Positions 28,944-41,040 of a DNA stretch of 64,000 nt are shown piece after piece. Every line of letters starts with the position of its first letter. Positions within the stretch are counted from its first letter, which is position 1. Source of the stretch: an uncultured delta proteobacterium. GTDB taxonomy: Bacteria > Myxococcota > Myxococcia > Myxococcales > Myxococcaceae. The translations under genes were made by a program, and so were the position numbers. Under the pieces are notes generated by a model. That model was given only the letters and a program-made list of their open reading frames with translations. It was not told the DNA's origin and made no database searches. The stretch spans positions 128,001 through 192,000 of the forward strand of contig CAVYSY010000046.1 of the NCBI GenBank assembly GCA_963771175.1, in the 5' to 3' direction.

Positions 28944-30539
28944 GTGGTGAAGCGCAGAGAGTCGCAACGAGTCGTGGCAGTGGGGTGGGTGCTCGTCGCC
29001 ACGCTGGCGGGAGCGCAGATCGCGCCAGCGCCGACGCCGGCGCCCTCGGTACCGACGCCCGGGGTGCCCACGCCCTCTCCGGCCTCACAGGCGGCACCCC
29101 AGGCCACGCCGCAGGCTCCCGCCGGGGAACAGGGCGCGCAGCCGGTTCCAGACGTGGCGCCGCAGGTGGGCGAGACGGCGGAGCAGGCGGTGCCCGAGCA
29201 GGTGCCCCCCAACGCGCCCGGCGCGGTGCAGCGGGAGCCGCTGACGCTGGAGCAGCTCGTCCAGCGCGCGCGCAAGCAGGACGCGCGGGTGGAGGAGGCC
29301 CAGGCGGAGCTGCGTCGGCTGCAGGCGCTGCTCCGTCAGGCTCGCTGGGCCTGGTTCCCCCAGTTCGAGACGCTGGTGGGCGCGGGCGGCCCGATGCCCG
29401 AGGCGCGCAATGACGGTCTGGGCGGACCGCCGACGACGGAGGCCTCGCTGGAGGGAGACCTGAAGTTCGGCCGGCTGGGTGTGACGGCCTTCATCGAGAC
29501 GAACGCGCTGCTGCCGCTCTACACCTTCGGGAAGCTGAAGGCGCTGGAGAAGGCGGCGGAGCAGGGGCCCGTCATCGGCAAGGCGCTGAAGGAGCGGGCC
29601 GAGGACGAGGCGGGATTCCAGGCGGCGCAGGCCTTCTTCGGCTACCAACTGGCGCGCTCGGGGCTGGTGCAGCTCGAGGACACGTCGAAGCGGCTGGAGG
29701 ACGCGGCGGAGCAGCTGCAGACGTTGCTGAAGGATGAGTCGCCGCAGGTGTCGAAGATGGACCTGTACAAGCTCGGCTTCTTCCGCAAGCAGCTCGACGC
29801 GCGCCGGGCCCAGGCCGAGCAGGGCAGGCAGCTCGCGCTCGCCGCCATCCGCCTGCTGGCGGGCGTTCCCCCCGAGGAGCCGGTGGAGGTGGTCGAGATG
29901 GAGCTGACGCCGGAGGGGGAGGTGAAGCCGCCGTCGCTCGACGAGGCGCTGGCGCTGGCGGAGCAGAAGCGGCCGGAGCTCGCCGGCATCTCCGCGGGCA
30001 TCGTCGCGCGCGAGAAGGAGGTCTTCATCCGCGAGCGCAGCTTCTACCCGGACCTCGGGCTCGCGGGCTTCCTGTCGCTCCGGTACACCTCGAACGCGAC
30101 GCCGCAGCGGGATCCGTTCGCCTACGATCCCTACAACCAGCGCGAGGTGGGAGTGGGGCTGGTGGCGCGGTACACCTTCGACTTCCCGGTGAAGCAGGCG
30201 CAGCTGGATCAGGCGCGGGCGGAGCTGGACAAGCTGAAGGCGCAGCAGCGGCTGCTCCAGGCGGCCATCCGTCTGGAGGTGACGAAGGTGCATGGGGAAC
30301 TGGTGGCGGCGCTGACTCGGGCCCAGGCCCTCACGCAGGCGGAGCGGGAGGCGCGGCGCTGGGCCACGGCGGCCATGGCGGCCTTCGATCTCGGCACCAC
30401 TGGGACGCGGGACGTGGTGGAGTCCTTGACGGCGTACGCCCAGTCGTCCGCCGAGCGGTCGCAGAGCTGGCACGACTTCCAGGTTGCCCAGGCGGAGCTT
30501 GCCCGGGTCACCGGCACGGCGGCCCGGGAGGGTGAATAA
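28944..30539 (+). CDS. TolC family outer-membrane efflux protein; start approximate
   Basis: Signal peptide, Pro-rich linker, LTLEQLV..A, AWFPQF, LPLYTFG, FYPDLGL, AELARVTG C-terminus. Confidence 0.88.
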   Translation: MVKRRESQRVVAVGWVLVATLAGAQIAPAPTPAPSVPTPGVPTPSPASQAAPQATPQAPAGEQGAQPVPDVAPQVGETAEQAVPEQVPPNAPGAVQREPLTLEQLVQRARKQDARVEEAQAELRRLQALLRQARWAWFPQFETLVGAGGPMPEARNDGLGGPPTTEASLEGDLKFGRLGVTAFIETNALLPLYTFGKLKALEKAAEQGPVIGKALKERAEDEAGFQAAQAFFGYQLARSGLVQLEDTSKRLEDAAEQLQTLLKDESPQVSKMDLYKLGFFRKQLDARRAQAEQGRQLALAAIRLLAGVPPEEPVEVVEMELTPEGEVKPPSLDEALALAEQKRPELAGISAGIVAREKEVFIRERSFYPDLGLAGFLSLRYTSNATPQRDPFAYDPYNQREVGVGLVARYTFDFPVKQAQLDQARAELDKLKAQQRLLQAAIRLEVTKVHGELVAALTRAQALTQAEREARRWATAAMAAFDLGTTGTRDVVESLTAYAQSSAERSQSWHDFQVAQAELARVTGTAAREGE

Positions 30540-30602
30540 GTCCGGGCCGCGAACTGTCGTCTTTCCCGTCCTTCACTTTCAGAGCTTCGGAGTCACACAC
30601 AC

Positions 30603-31175
30603 ATGATTGTTTCCTTGATTGCCGCAGTAATGCTCACCGCCGCGCCGGGCCCCGTCGATGTCGTGAAGTCGGGCAACGCCGATGTGCAGAAGGCCGCCTC
30701 CGCGCCTGGAGCCAAGGTGGAGCAGCTCTCCAAGGTGGTGGAGCACTTCGTCGACTTTGGTGAGCTGTCCAAGCGGGCGCTCGGCAAGCAGTGGGACAAG
30801 CTGACGGCCGCGCAGCGCAAGGACTTCACCGCCACCATGGAGGGCCTGCTGCGCGCCTCCTACGCCCAGAAGGCCATCGGCCAGGGCAAGGCGGAGGTGC
30901 AGTACGGCAAGGAGACCCTGGAGGGCAACGAGGCCACCGTCCCCACCACCGTCAAGGTGCAGAAGGACCAGGTGCCCGTGGAGTACAAGCTCTACCGCGC
31001 GGACGGGAAGGGCGAGTGGCGCATCTACGACATCATCACCGATGACGTGTCGCTGCTGGAGACCTACCAGGGGCAGTTCCGCAAGCTGCTGGCCGACAAG
31101 GGCTTCGACGGGCTGCTGTCCACGCTGAAGACCAAGCGGGCGCAGCTCGAGAAGAGCGCCACCGCGGCGAAGTGA
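30603..31175 (+). CDS. MlaC/Ttg2D (HpnM-like) periplasmic lipid-binding protein
   Basis: VDFGELSKRALGKQW, WRIYDI..DVSLLETYQGQF..GFDGLL. Confidence 0.92.
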   Translation: MIVSLIAAVMLTAAPGPVDVVKSGNADVQKAASAPGAKVEQLSKVVEHFVDFGELSKRALGKQWDKLTAAQRKDFTATMEGLLRASYAQKAIGQGKAEVQYGKETLEGNEATVPTTVKVQKDQVPVEYKLYRADGKGEWRIYDIITDDVSLLETYQGQFRKLLADKGFDGLLSTLKTKRAQLEKSATAAK

Positions 31176-31185
31176 CGCGGAGACG

Positions 31186-31211
31186 GGGAGGGTGCCTCGG
31201 AGCACCCTCCC
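31186..31211. terminator. Hairpin between convergent genes
   Basis: GGGAGGGTGC-CTCGGA-GCACCCTCCC; no U-tract. Confidence 0.5.
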
Positions 31212-31223
31212 GAGCCCCTCGGA

Positions 31224-32405
31224 CTACAGGGGCTGCTCGTAGACGCGGTAACGCTTGGAGATCTTGCCGCCCATGGACTCGATGGCGCGGTTGACGAGGT
31301 GGTTGTCCTCGAGCGTCCAGGAGATCTCCCCGCCCTCGTAGCCCAGCTCGCGCGCCGTGTTCAGGGTGTCCAGGTAGAGGATGGCGTCGAGGCCGCGGCG
31401 CCGGTAGCCCTCGACGGTGCCCAGGAGGATGAGGCGCAGGCGGCGGATGCGGCGGACGGCGAGCAGCAGCTTCGCCAGCCCGATGGGCAGGCCGAACGTG
31501 GTGAGCCGGCCGTTGGCGGCCTTGATGGCCTCGTTGGCGTCGGGAATCGTGAGCGCGAAGCCCACGGGCTGCCCCTTCACCTCGGCCACCAGCGCGAGCT
31601 CCGGCCGCACCATCTGCTTCAGATCGCGCGCCAGGTGGTCGAACTCGCCCTCCGTCATGGGCACGAAGCCCCAGTTCTTCTCCCAGGCCGAGTTGTACAT
31701 GGCCTTCACCCGGGCCACCTCGGCATCGAAGTTCTTCAGGTCCACCGGGCGCACGGTGACGCCCTCGCGCTGGCGGATCTTCTCCGCGATGCGCGCCACC
31801 TTCTCCGGCGGCGGGGTGGAGGCGGACAGCTCCCAGGCGTACAGATCCTTCGCCTTGGTGAAGCCGCACGCCTCGATGAGCGCCGGGTACCAGGTGGGGT
31901 TGTACGTCGTCATGATGGCCGGCGGGGTGGAGAACCCCTCGATGAGCGTGCCCACCTCGCCGTTGGTGGAGTAGCTCATCGGGCCGATGACGGAGGTGAA
32001 GCCCTTGGCGCGCAGCCACGCGGCCGCGGTCTCGAAGAGCGCGCGCGCCACGTCCACGTCATTCACGCACTCGAAGAGGCCGAAGAAGCCGACGTTGGTG
32101 CCGTGGAACTCGTTGTAGCGGGGGTTGCTCACCGCCGCGATCCGCCCCACCACCTGACCCTCACGGCGGGCGAGGTAGAACTCCACCTCGCCGAACTCGA
32201 AGAAGGGGTGCTTCTTCGGGTTCATGAAGTCCCGGCGCTCCATCTCCAGGTGCGGCACCCAGTTCGGGTCGCCCTGGTAGACGGAGTAGGGGAAGCGGAT
32301 GAAGGCCGTGCGATCCGCCGAGGAGCGGACCGGGGTCACCTCCACGTGGGTGGGGAGGGGCGGCTGCTTCGACTCGGTGCTCTGCTTCTCGGCGGTGACG
32401 GCCAT
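31224..32405 (-). CDS. GNAT-fold acyltransferase, bacterial ceramide synthase (bCerS)-like
   Basis: DPNWVP, VGRIAA, GFFGLFEC, AAAWL...GPMSYSTN.EVG.LIEGF, YN.AWEKNWGFVP, EISWTLEDN; directly downstream of Spt. Confidence 0.8.
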   Translation of the reverse strand: MAVTAEKQSTESKQPPLPTHVEVTPVRSSADRTAFIRFPYSVYQGDPNWVPHLEMERRDFMNPKKHPFFEFGEVEFYLARREGQVVGRIAAVSNPRYNEFHGTNVGFFGLFECVNDVDVARALFETAAAWLRAKGFTSVIGPMSYSTNGEVGTLIEGFSTPPAIMTTYNPTWYPALIEACGFTKAKDLYAWELSASTPPPEKVARIAEKIRQREGVTVRPVDLKNFDAEVARVKAMYNSAWEKNWGFVPMTEGEFDHLARDLKQMVRPELALVAEVKGQPVGFALTIPDANEAIKAANGRLTTFGLPIGLAKLLLAVRRIRRLRLILLGTVEGYRRRGLDAILYLDTLNTARELGYEGGEISWTLEDNHLVNRAIESMGGKISKRYRVYEQPL

Positions 32406-32412
32406 GTCCCGT

Positions 32413-33954
32413 TCAGCTCCTGTCCTCGCGCCCGTTGCGGATGAAGAGGTTGGCGCCCTTTTCCAGCAGCATACCCGGGATGTTCGCGCGCTTCTCCCAG
32501 AGCTTCATCGGGACCTGACCCAGCTTCCGGAGATCCTCCGGCTGGAGGTTGGCGGCCCGGTAGGTGAGCGTCTCCACCGCGTCGAACAGCTTGCCGGCCA
32601 TCTCGCGCGAGGACATGCGCGAGAGCTGATCCAGCGAGAAGCCGTTGTTGCCGAGCTCGCCCGCGCTCGCGGCGGCCCACTTCTCCGAGGCCTTGTTGTT
32701 GAGCACGAAGGTGCCCGGGCGGGCGATCTGCACCGGGGTGTACGTGGAGGGCCGCGTCTGGGGGATGATGTCCAGCTTCTTGCCAATCTGCTCGAAGATG
32801 TCGAGCACCCGGTCGAGCTGCTCGTCCGTGTGCGTGGCCATGTAGCTGGTGCGGATGAGGGCGTGGCCCGGCTCCACCGCCGGCGGCACCACGGGGTTGG
32901 CGAACACGCCCGCCTCGTGCAGCGCCTTCCAGAAGCGGAAGCACTTCACCTGGTCTCCGATGTGCACCGGCACCACCGGCGTCACCGACACGCCCGTGTC
33001 GAAGCCCATGGCGCGGAAGCCGTTGTGCATCTTCTCGGCGATGTCCAGCAGGCGCGCGCGCCGCTGCGGCTCGGCCTCGATGATCTCCAGCGACTTGAGC
33101 GCCGCGGCGATGGACGCCGGCGTCATGGACGCGGAGAAGATGACCGAGCGCGACTTGTGCCGCATGTAGTTGATGACGTCCGAGGGGCCGGCCAGCACGC
33201 CGCCCAGCGACGCGAAGCTCTTGGAGAACGTCCCCATCACCAGGTCCGTCTCCGCCTCCAGCCCGAAGTACTCGGAGGTGCCACGGCCCTTCTCGCCCAG
33301 CACGCCCATGGCATGGGCGTCATCCGTCATCACCCGCGCGTTGTACTTCTTGGACAGCTCCACGATGCGGGGCAGGTTGCAGATGTCGCCCTCCATCGAG
33401 AACACGCCGTCGGTGATGATGATCTTCCCCGCCTTCGGGTCCTTCTCCGCCGCCTGCTCCAGGAGCTGCTCGAGGTGCTCCAGGTCGTTGTGACGGAACT
33501 TGCGCTCGGTGGCGAAGGACAGCCGGATGCCGTCCACCAGCGAGGCGTGGTTCTGCCGGTCCGCGAAGACGATGTCGTGGCGACCCAGGATGGAGGAGAG
33601 CGCCAGGTTCGTCTGGAAGCCGGTGGAGATGACGAGCGCGGCCTCGCGGTTGAGGAACTTCGCCAGCCGCTGCTCCAGCTCCTCGTGCAGCGCCAGGGTG
33701 CCGTTGAGCAGGCGCGAGCCGGAGCACGTGGTGCCGTAGCGCTCCACCGCCTTGATCGCCGCTTCCTTCACCCGCGGATCCGAGCTCAGGCCCAGGTAGT
33801 TGTTGGAGCCCACCATGATGACCCGGCGGCCCTCGATCTGGACCTCGGTGGCTCCGAACGACTCTTCGATCGCCCGGAAGTACGGATAGAGGCCCGTGGC
33901 CTTGGCGATGCGGTAGTCCTTCCAACTCCGGCACTTCTCGAACACATCACTCAT
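32413..33954 (-). CDS. spt: Serine palmitoyltransferase (AOS-family PLP enzyme) with C-terminal extension
   Basis: GLYPYF, GSNNYLGL, GSRLLNGT, DGVFSMEGD, DDAHAMG and GTFSKS PLP-lysine motif typical of Spt. Confidence 0.85.
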   Translation of the reverse strand: MSDVFEKCRSWKDYRIAKATGLYPYFRAIEESFGATEVQIEGRRVIMVGSNNYLGLSSDPRVKEAAIKAVERYGTTCSGSRLLNGTLALHEELEQRLAKFLNREAALVISTGFQTNLALSSILGRHDIVFADRQNHASLVDGIRLSFATERKFRHNDLEHLEQLLEQAAEKDPKAGKIIITDGVFSMEGDICNLPRIVELSKKYNARVMTDDAHAMGVLGEKGRGTSEYFGLEAETDLVMGTFSKSFASLGGVLAGPSDVINYMRHKSRSVIFSASMTPASIAAALKSLEIIEAEPQRRARLLDIAEKMHNGFRAMGFDTGVSVTPVVPVHIGDQVKCFRFWKALHEAGVFANPVVPPAVEPGHALIRTSYMATHTDEQLDRVLDIFEQIGKKLDIIPQTRPSTYTPVQIARPGTFVLNNKASEKWAAASAGELGNNGFSLDQLSRMSSREMAGKLFDAVETLTYRAANLQPEDLRKLGQVPMKLWEKRANIPGMLLEKGANLFIRNGREDRS

Positions 33955-34383
33955 GGCGTTCTTCTCTTCTCGGGGGAGATCCGAGCGGATCCGGGGGGCG
34001 CGCGTCCCTGCAGTGTTCGAACCGACCCGGGGCCCTGCGGCGCGCGTCCTCCTCGGGGGGGTAAGCGTCGGCGTGAATAAAGAGTCACCCATCGGGTGTC
34101 AAGGCGCGGACTGTGGCGCGGCGGGCCCCCCGTCCTCTGGAAGTCCCCGATGCCGGGTTGACACCTGCGATTATTCCCACTTCTGGGCAGGCGGGTGCGC
34201 AACCGGCTGCACAGTCGGGGCATGCCTGCCCTGGGTTCACCCCAGATGGGGGGAACGGGATGGCTTCCAGGCGGGGGGGTGGAAGGCTTCCGGCCCCGGC
34301 GGTGTTTGAACCGGGATTCAGAGGTCCGTGACACGTGGCGGGAAGTCTGCTTTCTCCGGGCCTCCACTCAATTGGGGTCAAGC

Positions 34384-36873
34384 TTGGCTGAGTCTCTTCG
34401 ACGTCGTTGGTCCGAGGCCTTCATCCGGGGCACGCTTGCGCGGCCCTGGCGGGTCGTCCTGCTCTTCACGGTGCTGGCCCTCGTCGGCACGGTGATGGCC
34501 TCGCGCCTGGAGTTCCGTGGCTCCTTCGTGGAGCTGCTGCCCCAGGAGGCGCGTGAGGTGCAGGATCTGACGCGCGTGGCGCAGAAGGCCGGCGGCGACG
34601 GCTACCTCGTGGTGCGCGCGCAGGGGCTGAAGCCCGAGGCGCTGCGGACCTTCGCCGACACCCTGGCGAAGAAGCTCGAGACGCTGCCCGAGGTGCGCTA
34701 CGTCGAGCACCGCTTCGACGTGGGCTTCTTCCAGGATCGCGGCCTGCTGCTGCTGCCCACCGAGAAGCTCGGGGCGCTGCGCCAGGACGTGGACGCGCGG
34801 CTGCGCTACGAGAAGCAGAAGGCCAACCCGCTCTTCGTGGACCTGGAGGCGGGCGAGGAGCCGGCGGACTTCGAGCAGATCGTCAAGAAGTACAGCCCGG
34901 AAGCGCCCATGCGCGAGTACCTCGGGAGCACGGACGGCTCCGAGGTGTACCTGATGGTGAAGCCGGGCGGCACCGCGGGAGACCTGGTCTTCGCGCAGCA
35001 GCTCGTGGACGACGTGAAGCGCGTGGCCGACGAGGTCGCTCAGGGTTCACCCGGAGTGAAGCTGGACTACGCGGGGGCCTTCCAGGCGCGGCTCGAGGAG
35101 GACAAGGTGATGCGGCAGGATCTGTCGCGCGCCGCCATCCTCTCGGCGGTGATGGCCATTGGCATCATCTTGCTGGCCACGCGGCGACTGTGGGCGCTGG
35201 CGGTGGTGGGCGTGCCCGTCATCTTCGGCGTGTCGCTGACGTTCGCCTTCGCGGAGCTGGCCATCGGCCACCTCAACGTCGTCACGGGCTTCCTGGTGGC
35301 CATCCTCATCGGCCTGGGCCTGGAGTACGGCATCCACCTGTCCATGCGCTACTGGGAGGAGCGGCGCGAGCACCCGGCCGCCGAGGCGCTGGCCAACACC
35401 GTGCGTGGCACCTTCGCCGGCGCCCTCACCTCGGCGCTGACGAACGCGGCGGCCTTCTTCGTGCTCCTGTTCGCCCAGTTCGATGCCTTCAAGCAGTTCG
35501 GCATGCTGGCCGGTGTGGGCGTCATCATGGCCGTGCTGGTGGCGTACGGGCTGGGCCCGGCGCTGCTCGTGCTCGCCGAGCGCCTGCGCCCGGGCCGCAA
35601 GTCCGCCGCCGCTCACGCCCCCGAGGCTCCGGCGGATGCGCCGCGGCAGAACCTGCCCGGCAAGCGCATGCCCACGCCGGCCATCGTCGTCATCCTGCTG
35701 TCGGTGCTCGGCTTCGCGGGCTACTCCGTCTACGTGTCGTCGCGCGTGGGCTTCGAGACGAACATGCGCAACCTCAAGGGCGACTCGCCCTCGGTGCGCC
35801 TCGATGACCACATCGTCGAGCAGACCGGCTCGCCGCTCAACCCGGCCATCCTCCTGGTGGACGACCTGAAGCAGGCCCAGGTGGTGCAGGAGGTCATCTC
35901 CGAGGTGAAGGCCCGCCATGGCGCGGACTCGACGTTCAAGCAGTCCGCCTCGCTCAATGATCTGCTGCCCCAGGACGTGGCGGCGCACCAGGAGCAGATC
36001 GCCGGGCTGCGCCAGACGCTGGAGAAGCTGCCCGAGAGCGCGAAGAAGGATCCCCGGCTGGACTCCGTGAAGAAGATGCTGGAGGCCCAGCCCTACGGCC
36101 CCGAGCAGCTGCCCGTGGAGGTGCGCCGTCGTTTCGAGGCGCTGGACGGCAAGGGCATGTTCCTCCTGCTGTTCCCCTCGGTGTCCAACCACGACACCCG
36201 GGAACTGGCGGCGTGGGCCTCGCAGATCGACGAGGTGGTGGATGGCGCCAAGGCCCGGGGTGTGAACCTCGCGGTGTTGGATAGCAACCGGATCGCCGCC
36301 CGCATCTTCGCGATGGTGCGTGGGGACGGCCCGTTCATCCTCTGGGCGGCCGCGGCGGTCGTCTTCCTGACCATCCTCATCAGCCTGCGCAGCTTCAAGC
36401 GCGCCTGCCTGGTGGCTGGGCCGCTGTTCCTGGGCATGCTCTGCCTGGCTGGAGGGATGTATCTGTTCGACATCCAGCTCAACTTCATCAACGCCGTGGT
36501 GCTGCCCAACCTGCTCGCCATCGCCGTGGACAACTCGGTCCACCTCTTCCACCGGTACGAGGAAGAGGGCCCGGGCTCGCTGGGTCACGTCGTGCGCCAC
36601 ACGGGTCTGGCGGCGGTGGTGGCCACGCTGTCCAACGCGGCCGGCTACGGCGCTCTGTTGATCTCCCATCATGCCGGCCTGAAATCGATTGGTCAGATTG
36701 CACTTCTGGGGGTGGTGTGCACCTTCCTGGGAACCACGGTTTTCTTCCCGGCGATGCTCGCGCTGCTCGAGCGGTGGAAGGGGCGGAAGGAGGAGGGGAG
36801 CAAGGTGAGGCGTTTGGAGATCGGCCAGTCCGGTGAGGTGTTGACAGAACCGGAGGAGCGTAAATCTGCGTGA
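34384..36873 (+). CDS. MMPL/RND lipid transporter (HpnN-like); start approximate
   Basis: Two TM repeats with large periplasmic loops; ILIGLGLEYGIH and AIAVDNSVH motifs. Confidence 0.9.
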   Translation: MAESLRRRWSEAFIRGTLARPWRVVLLFTVLALVGTVMASRLEFRGSFVELLPQEAREVQDLTRVAQKAGGDGYLVVRAQGLKPEALRTFADTLAKKLETLPEVRYVEHRFDVGFFQDRGLLLLPTEKLGALRQDVDARLRYEKQKANPLFVDLEAGEEPADFEQIVKKYSPEAPMREYLGSTDGSEVYLMVKPGGTAGDLVFAQQLVDDVKRVADEVAQGSPGVKLDYAGAFQARLEEDKVMRQDLSRAAILSAVMAIGIILLATRRLWALAVVGVPVIFGVSLTFAFAELAIGHLNVVTGFLVAILIGLGLEYGIHLSMRYWEERREHPAAEALANTVRGTFAGALTSALTNAAAFFVLLFAQFDAFKQFGMLAGVGVIMAVLVAYGLGPALLVLAERLRPGRKSAAAHAPEAPADAPRQNLPGKRMPTPAIVVILLSVLGFAGYSVYVSSRVGFETNMRNLKGDSPSVRLDDHIVEQTGSPLNPAILLVDDLKQAQVVQEVISEVKARHGADSTFKQSASLNDLLPQDVAAHQEQIAGLRQTLEKLPESAKKDPRLDSVKKMLEAQPYGPEQLPVEVRRRFEALDGKGMFLLLFPSVSNHDTRELAAWASQIDEVVDGAKARGVNLAVLDSNRIAARIFAMVRGDGPFILWAAAAVVFLTILISLRSFKRACLVAGPLFLGMLCLAGGMYLFDIQLNFINAVVLPNLLAIAVDNSVHLFHRYEEEGPGSLGHVVRHTGLAAVVATLSNAAGYGALLISHHAGLKSIGQIALLGVVCTFLGTTVFFPAMLALLERWKGRKEEGSKVRRLEIGQSGEVLTEPEERKSA

Positions 36874-37820
36874 GCCCGTGGACCTCGGATGAACCCCGCG
36901 CCAGCGGGGTCGGTCGGGACGTACACCTTCGAGGAGTGGACATCGTCATCCTGGTGTCCTGCTCGTTGGCCGCCCTGGCTCTCGTGGGTCCAGCCAGTTG
37001 GGTTCCCGGTGCCGCGAGGTCCGCTGTCTACTTCTCCGTGTTCGCGCTCGGACCGCTCGTCCTGCGCACCCTGGAGGCCCATTTCCCCAGGCACCGGCTG
37101 CTGGCCTTCGTGGCCGGCTTCTGGCTGCTGCCGGTGTTGACCATCAGCCACGGGCTGCTCAATCCCCTGGTGACCGCCCTCAACGTGGGCCTGCGCGACG
37201 CCCAGCTCGCGGCCCTGGACCAGCGGATGTTCGGGGTGCACGCCTCGGTGGTGCTCGGGCAGCTCGTGCCGCCCTGGCTCACCGAGCTCCTGATGGTCTG
37301 CTACTACGGCCACTTCGTCTGGCCGTTGGTGCTGGGGGGAGTGCTGTACTTCACCGGGCGCCGGGAGGCCTTCGACGAGTACCTGCTCGCGCTGAGCCTC
37401 TTCTTCGCGGGCAACTACGTCTGCTACGCGCTGGTGCCGGCGATCGGCCCCCGCTACTTCCTCGCCCACATGTTCCCCCAGCCGCTGCAGGGGTTGTGGG
37501 TGACGTCCTTCCTGGACTCGGTGATGCGCGAGCCGCCCTTCGCGCGGGACTGCTTCCCGTCGGGGCACACGGGGACCTCGCTGCTGGTGCTGGTGTACGC
37601 CTTCCGGTTCTCGCCGAGCGTCTTCCGCATCATGCTGCTGCCGGCCCTCGGCCTGATCGCCGCCACCCTGGTGGGGCGCTTCCACTATGTGACGGACCTG
37701 CTGTGCGCGGTGCCGCTCCTGCTGGTGGTGGTGGGGATGGCGGTGGGCTGGAGCCGGGCCGCCGCGCGGCGCGAAGGGGTGGCGCGCCCGGTGCCAATGG
37801 ACGCTATCGTGCGCCCGTAA
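36870..37820 (+). CDS. PAP2-superfamily membrane enzyme, Aur1/IPC-synthase-like
   Basis: Multi-TM; VPAIGPR, CFPSGH, GRFHYVTD; GTGA overlap with the MMPL stop. Confidence 0.85.
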   Translation: MSPWTSDEPRASGVGRDVHLRGVDIVILVSCSLAALALVGPASWVPGAARSAVYFSVFALGPLVLRTLEAHFPRHRLLAFVAGFWLLPVLTISHGLLNPLVTALNVGLRDAQLAALDQRMFGVHASVVLGQLVPPWLTELLMVCYYGHFVWPLVLGGVLYFTGRREAFDEYLLALSLFFAGNYVCYALVPAIGPRYFLAHMFPQPLQGLWVTSFLDSVMREPPFARDCFPSGHTGTSLLVLVYAFRFSPSVFRIMLLPALGLIAATLVGRFHYVTDLLCAVPLLLVVVGMAVGWSRAAARREGVARPVPMDAIVRP

Positions 37821-37832
37821 AGGAGCGTACGC

Positions 37833-39029
37833 ATGAGCAGGCCGATCCTCGCGGGCCGTGTGGCCCCTCTGGGCACCACCGTCTTCTCCGAGTTCAGCGC
37901 GCTGGCCCTGAAGCACGGGGCCATGAACCTGGGCCAGGGCTTCCCGGACTTCGATGGACCCGAGGCCGTGAAGGAGGCCGCTCGCAAGGCCATCACCGAC
38001 GGGGTGAACCAGTACGCCCCCAGCCCGGGTCTGCGCGATTTCCGCGTGGCCATCGCCGAGCACGGCGCGCGCTTCCACGGGCACACCGGTATCGATCCGG
38101 ACACCATGGTGACGGTCACCAGCGGGGCCACCGAGGCCATCTTCTGCGTGCTGCTCGGTCTGGTGGATCCGGGGGACGAGGTGGTGGTCTTCGAGCCCTT
38201 CTATGACTCGTATGACGCCAACCTGGGCTTCATCGGGGCGAAGGCCCGCTACGTGCCGCTGCGTCCGCCGGATGCCTCGCATGCCGCGTGGTGGTTCGAC
38301 CGGGACGAGGTGCGCGCGGCCTTCGGCCCCCGGACGCGGGTGCTGATCCTCAACTCGCCCCACAACCCCACCGGCAAGGTGTTCACCCGCGAGGAGCTCG
38401 AGTTCCTCGGCGAGCTGTGCGCCGAGCACGACGTGAAGGTGCTCTCCGACGAGGTGTACGAGCACATCCTCTTCGGCTCGGCGCGTCATGTGCGTCCCGC
38501 CACGGTGCCCTCGCTGGCGGAGCGGACGGTGACGGTGAGCAGCGCGGGGAAGAGCTTCAGCCTCACCGGGTGGAAGGTGGGGTGGATCATCGCTCCGCCG
38601 GCACTGCGTGACGCGGTGCAGCGTGCCCACCAGTTCGTCACGTTCTCCACGGCGTCGCCCCTGCAGGCGGCCATGGCGGCGGCGCTGCGGCTGCCGGATG
38701 CGTACTTCCAGGAGCTGGGTGCCATGTACCTGGCGAAGAGGGATCGGCTGATCGCCGGGCTCTCCGAGGCGGGGCTGAAGGCGTACGTGCCCGAGGGCAG
38801 CTACTTCATCATGGCCGATATCTCCGGGCGGGGCTTCGCGGACGACGTGGCCTTCTGCCGACACCTGGTGACGGAGGTGGGAGTGGCGGCCATTCCCCCG
38901 AGCGTCTTCTACGGTTCGGAGCACAAGCACCTGGGGCAGGGAATGGCGCGCTTCGCCTTCTGTAAGACGGAGGGCGTGCTGGACGAGGCGGTGCGGCGGT
39001 TGAAGTCGGGGCTCACGCGAGGGCGCTGA
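37833..39029 (+). CDS. Class I/II aminotransferase (YbdL/kynurenine aminotransferase-like)
   Basis: NLGQGFPDF, NSPHNPTG, SDEVYE, SAGKSFSLTGWKVG, RFAFCK. Confidence 0.93.
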   Translation: MSRPILAGRVAPLGTTVFSEFSALALKHGAMNLGQGFPDFDGPEAVKEAARKAITDGVNQYAPSPGLRDFRVAIAEHGARFHGHTGIDPDTMVTVTSGATEAIFCVLLGLVDPGDEVVVFEPFYDSYDANLGFIGAKARYVPLRPPDASHAAWWFDRDEVRAAFGPRTRVLILNSPHNPTGKVFTREELEFLGELCAEHDVKVLSDEVYEHILFGSARHVRPATVPSLAERTVTVSSAGKSFSLTGWKVGWIIAPPALRDAVQRAHQFVTFSTASPLQAAMAAALRLPDAYFQELGAMYLAKRDRLIAGLSEAGLKAYVPEGSYFIMADISGRGFADDVAFCRHLVTEVGVAAIPPSVFYGSEHKHLGQGMARFAFCKTEGVLDEAVRRLKSGLTRGR

Positions 39030-39095
39030 CGCTGGGACACCCGGGTGATGGGCGGCTTGCGACCCCCAGACCCGGGTGCTACATCCCCGCGCAAC

Positions 39096-41030
<1,935 letters not shown>

Positions 41031-41040
41031 AGCCCACACC

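Noticed and set aside
32413..33954. BioF or Kbl annotation for the PLP enzyme
   Set aside because: The GTFSKS motif and the adjacent ceramide-synthase-like GNAT favour Spt; no bio or tdh genes are nearby.
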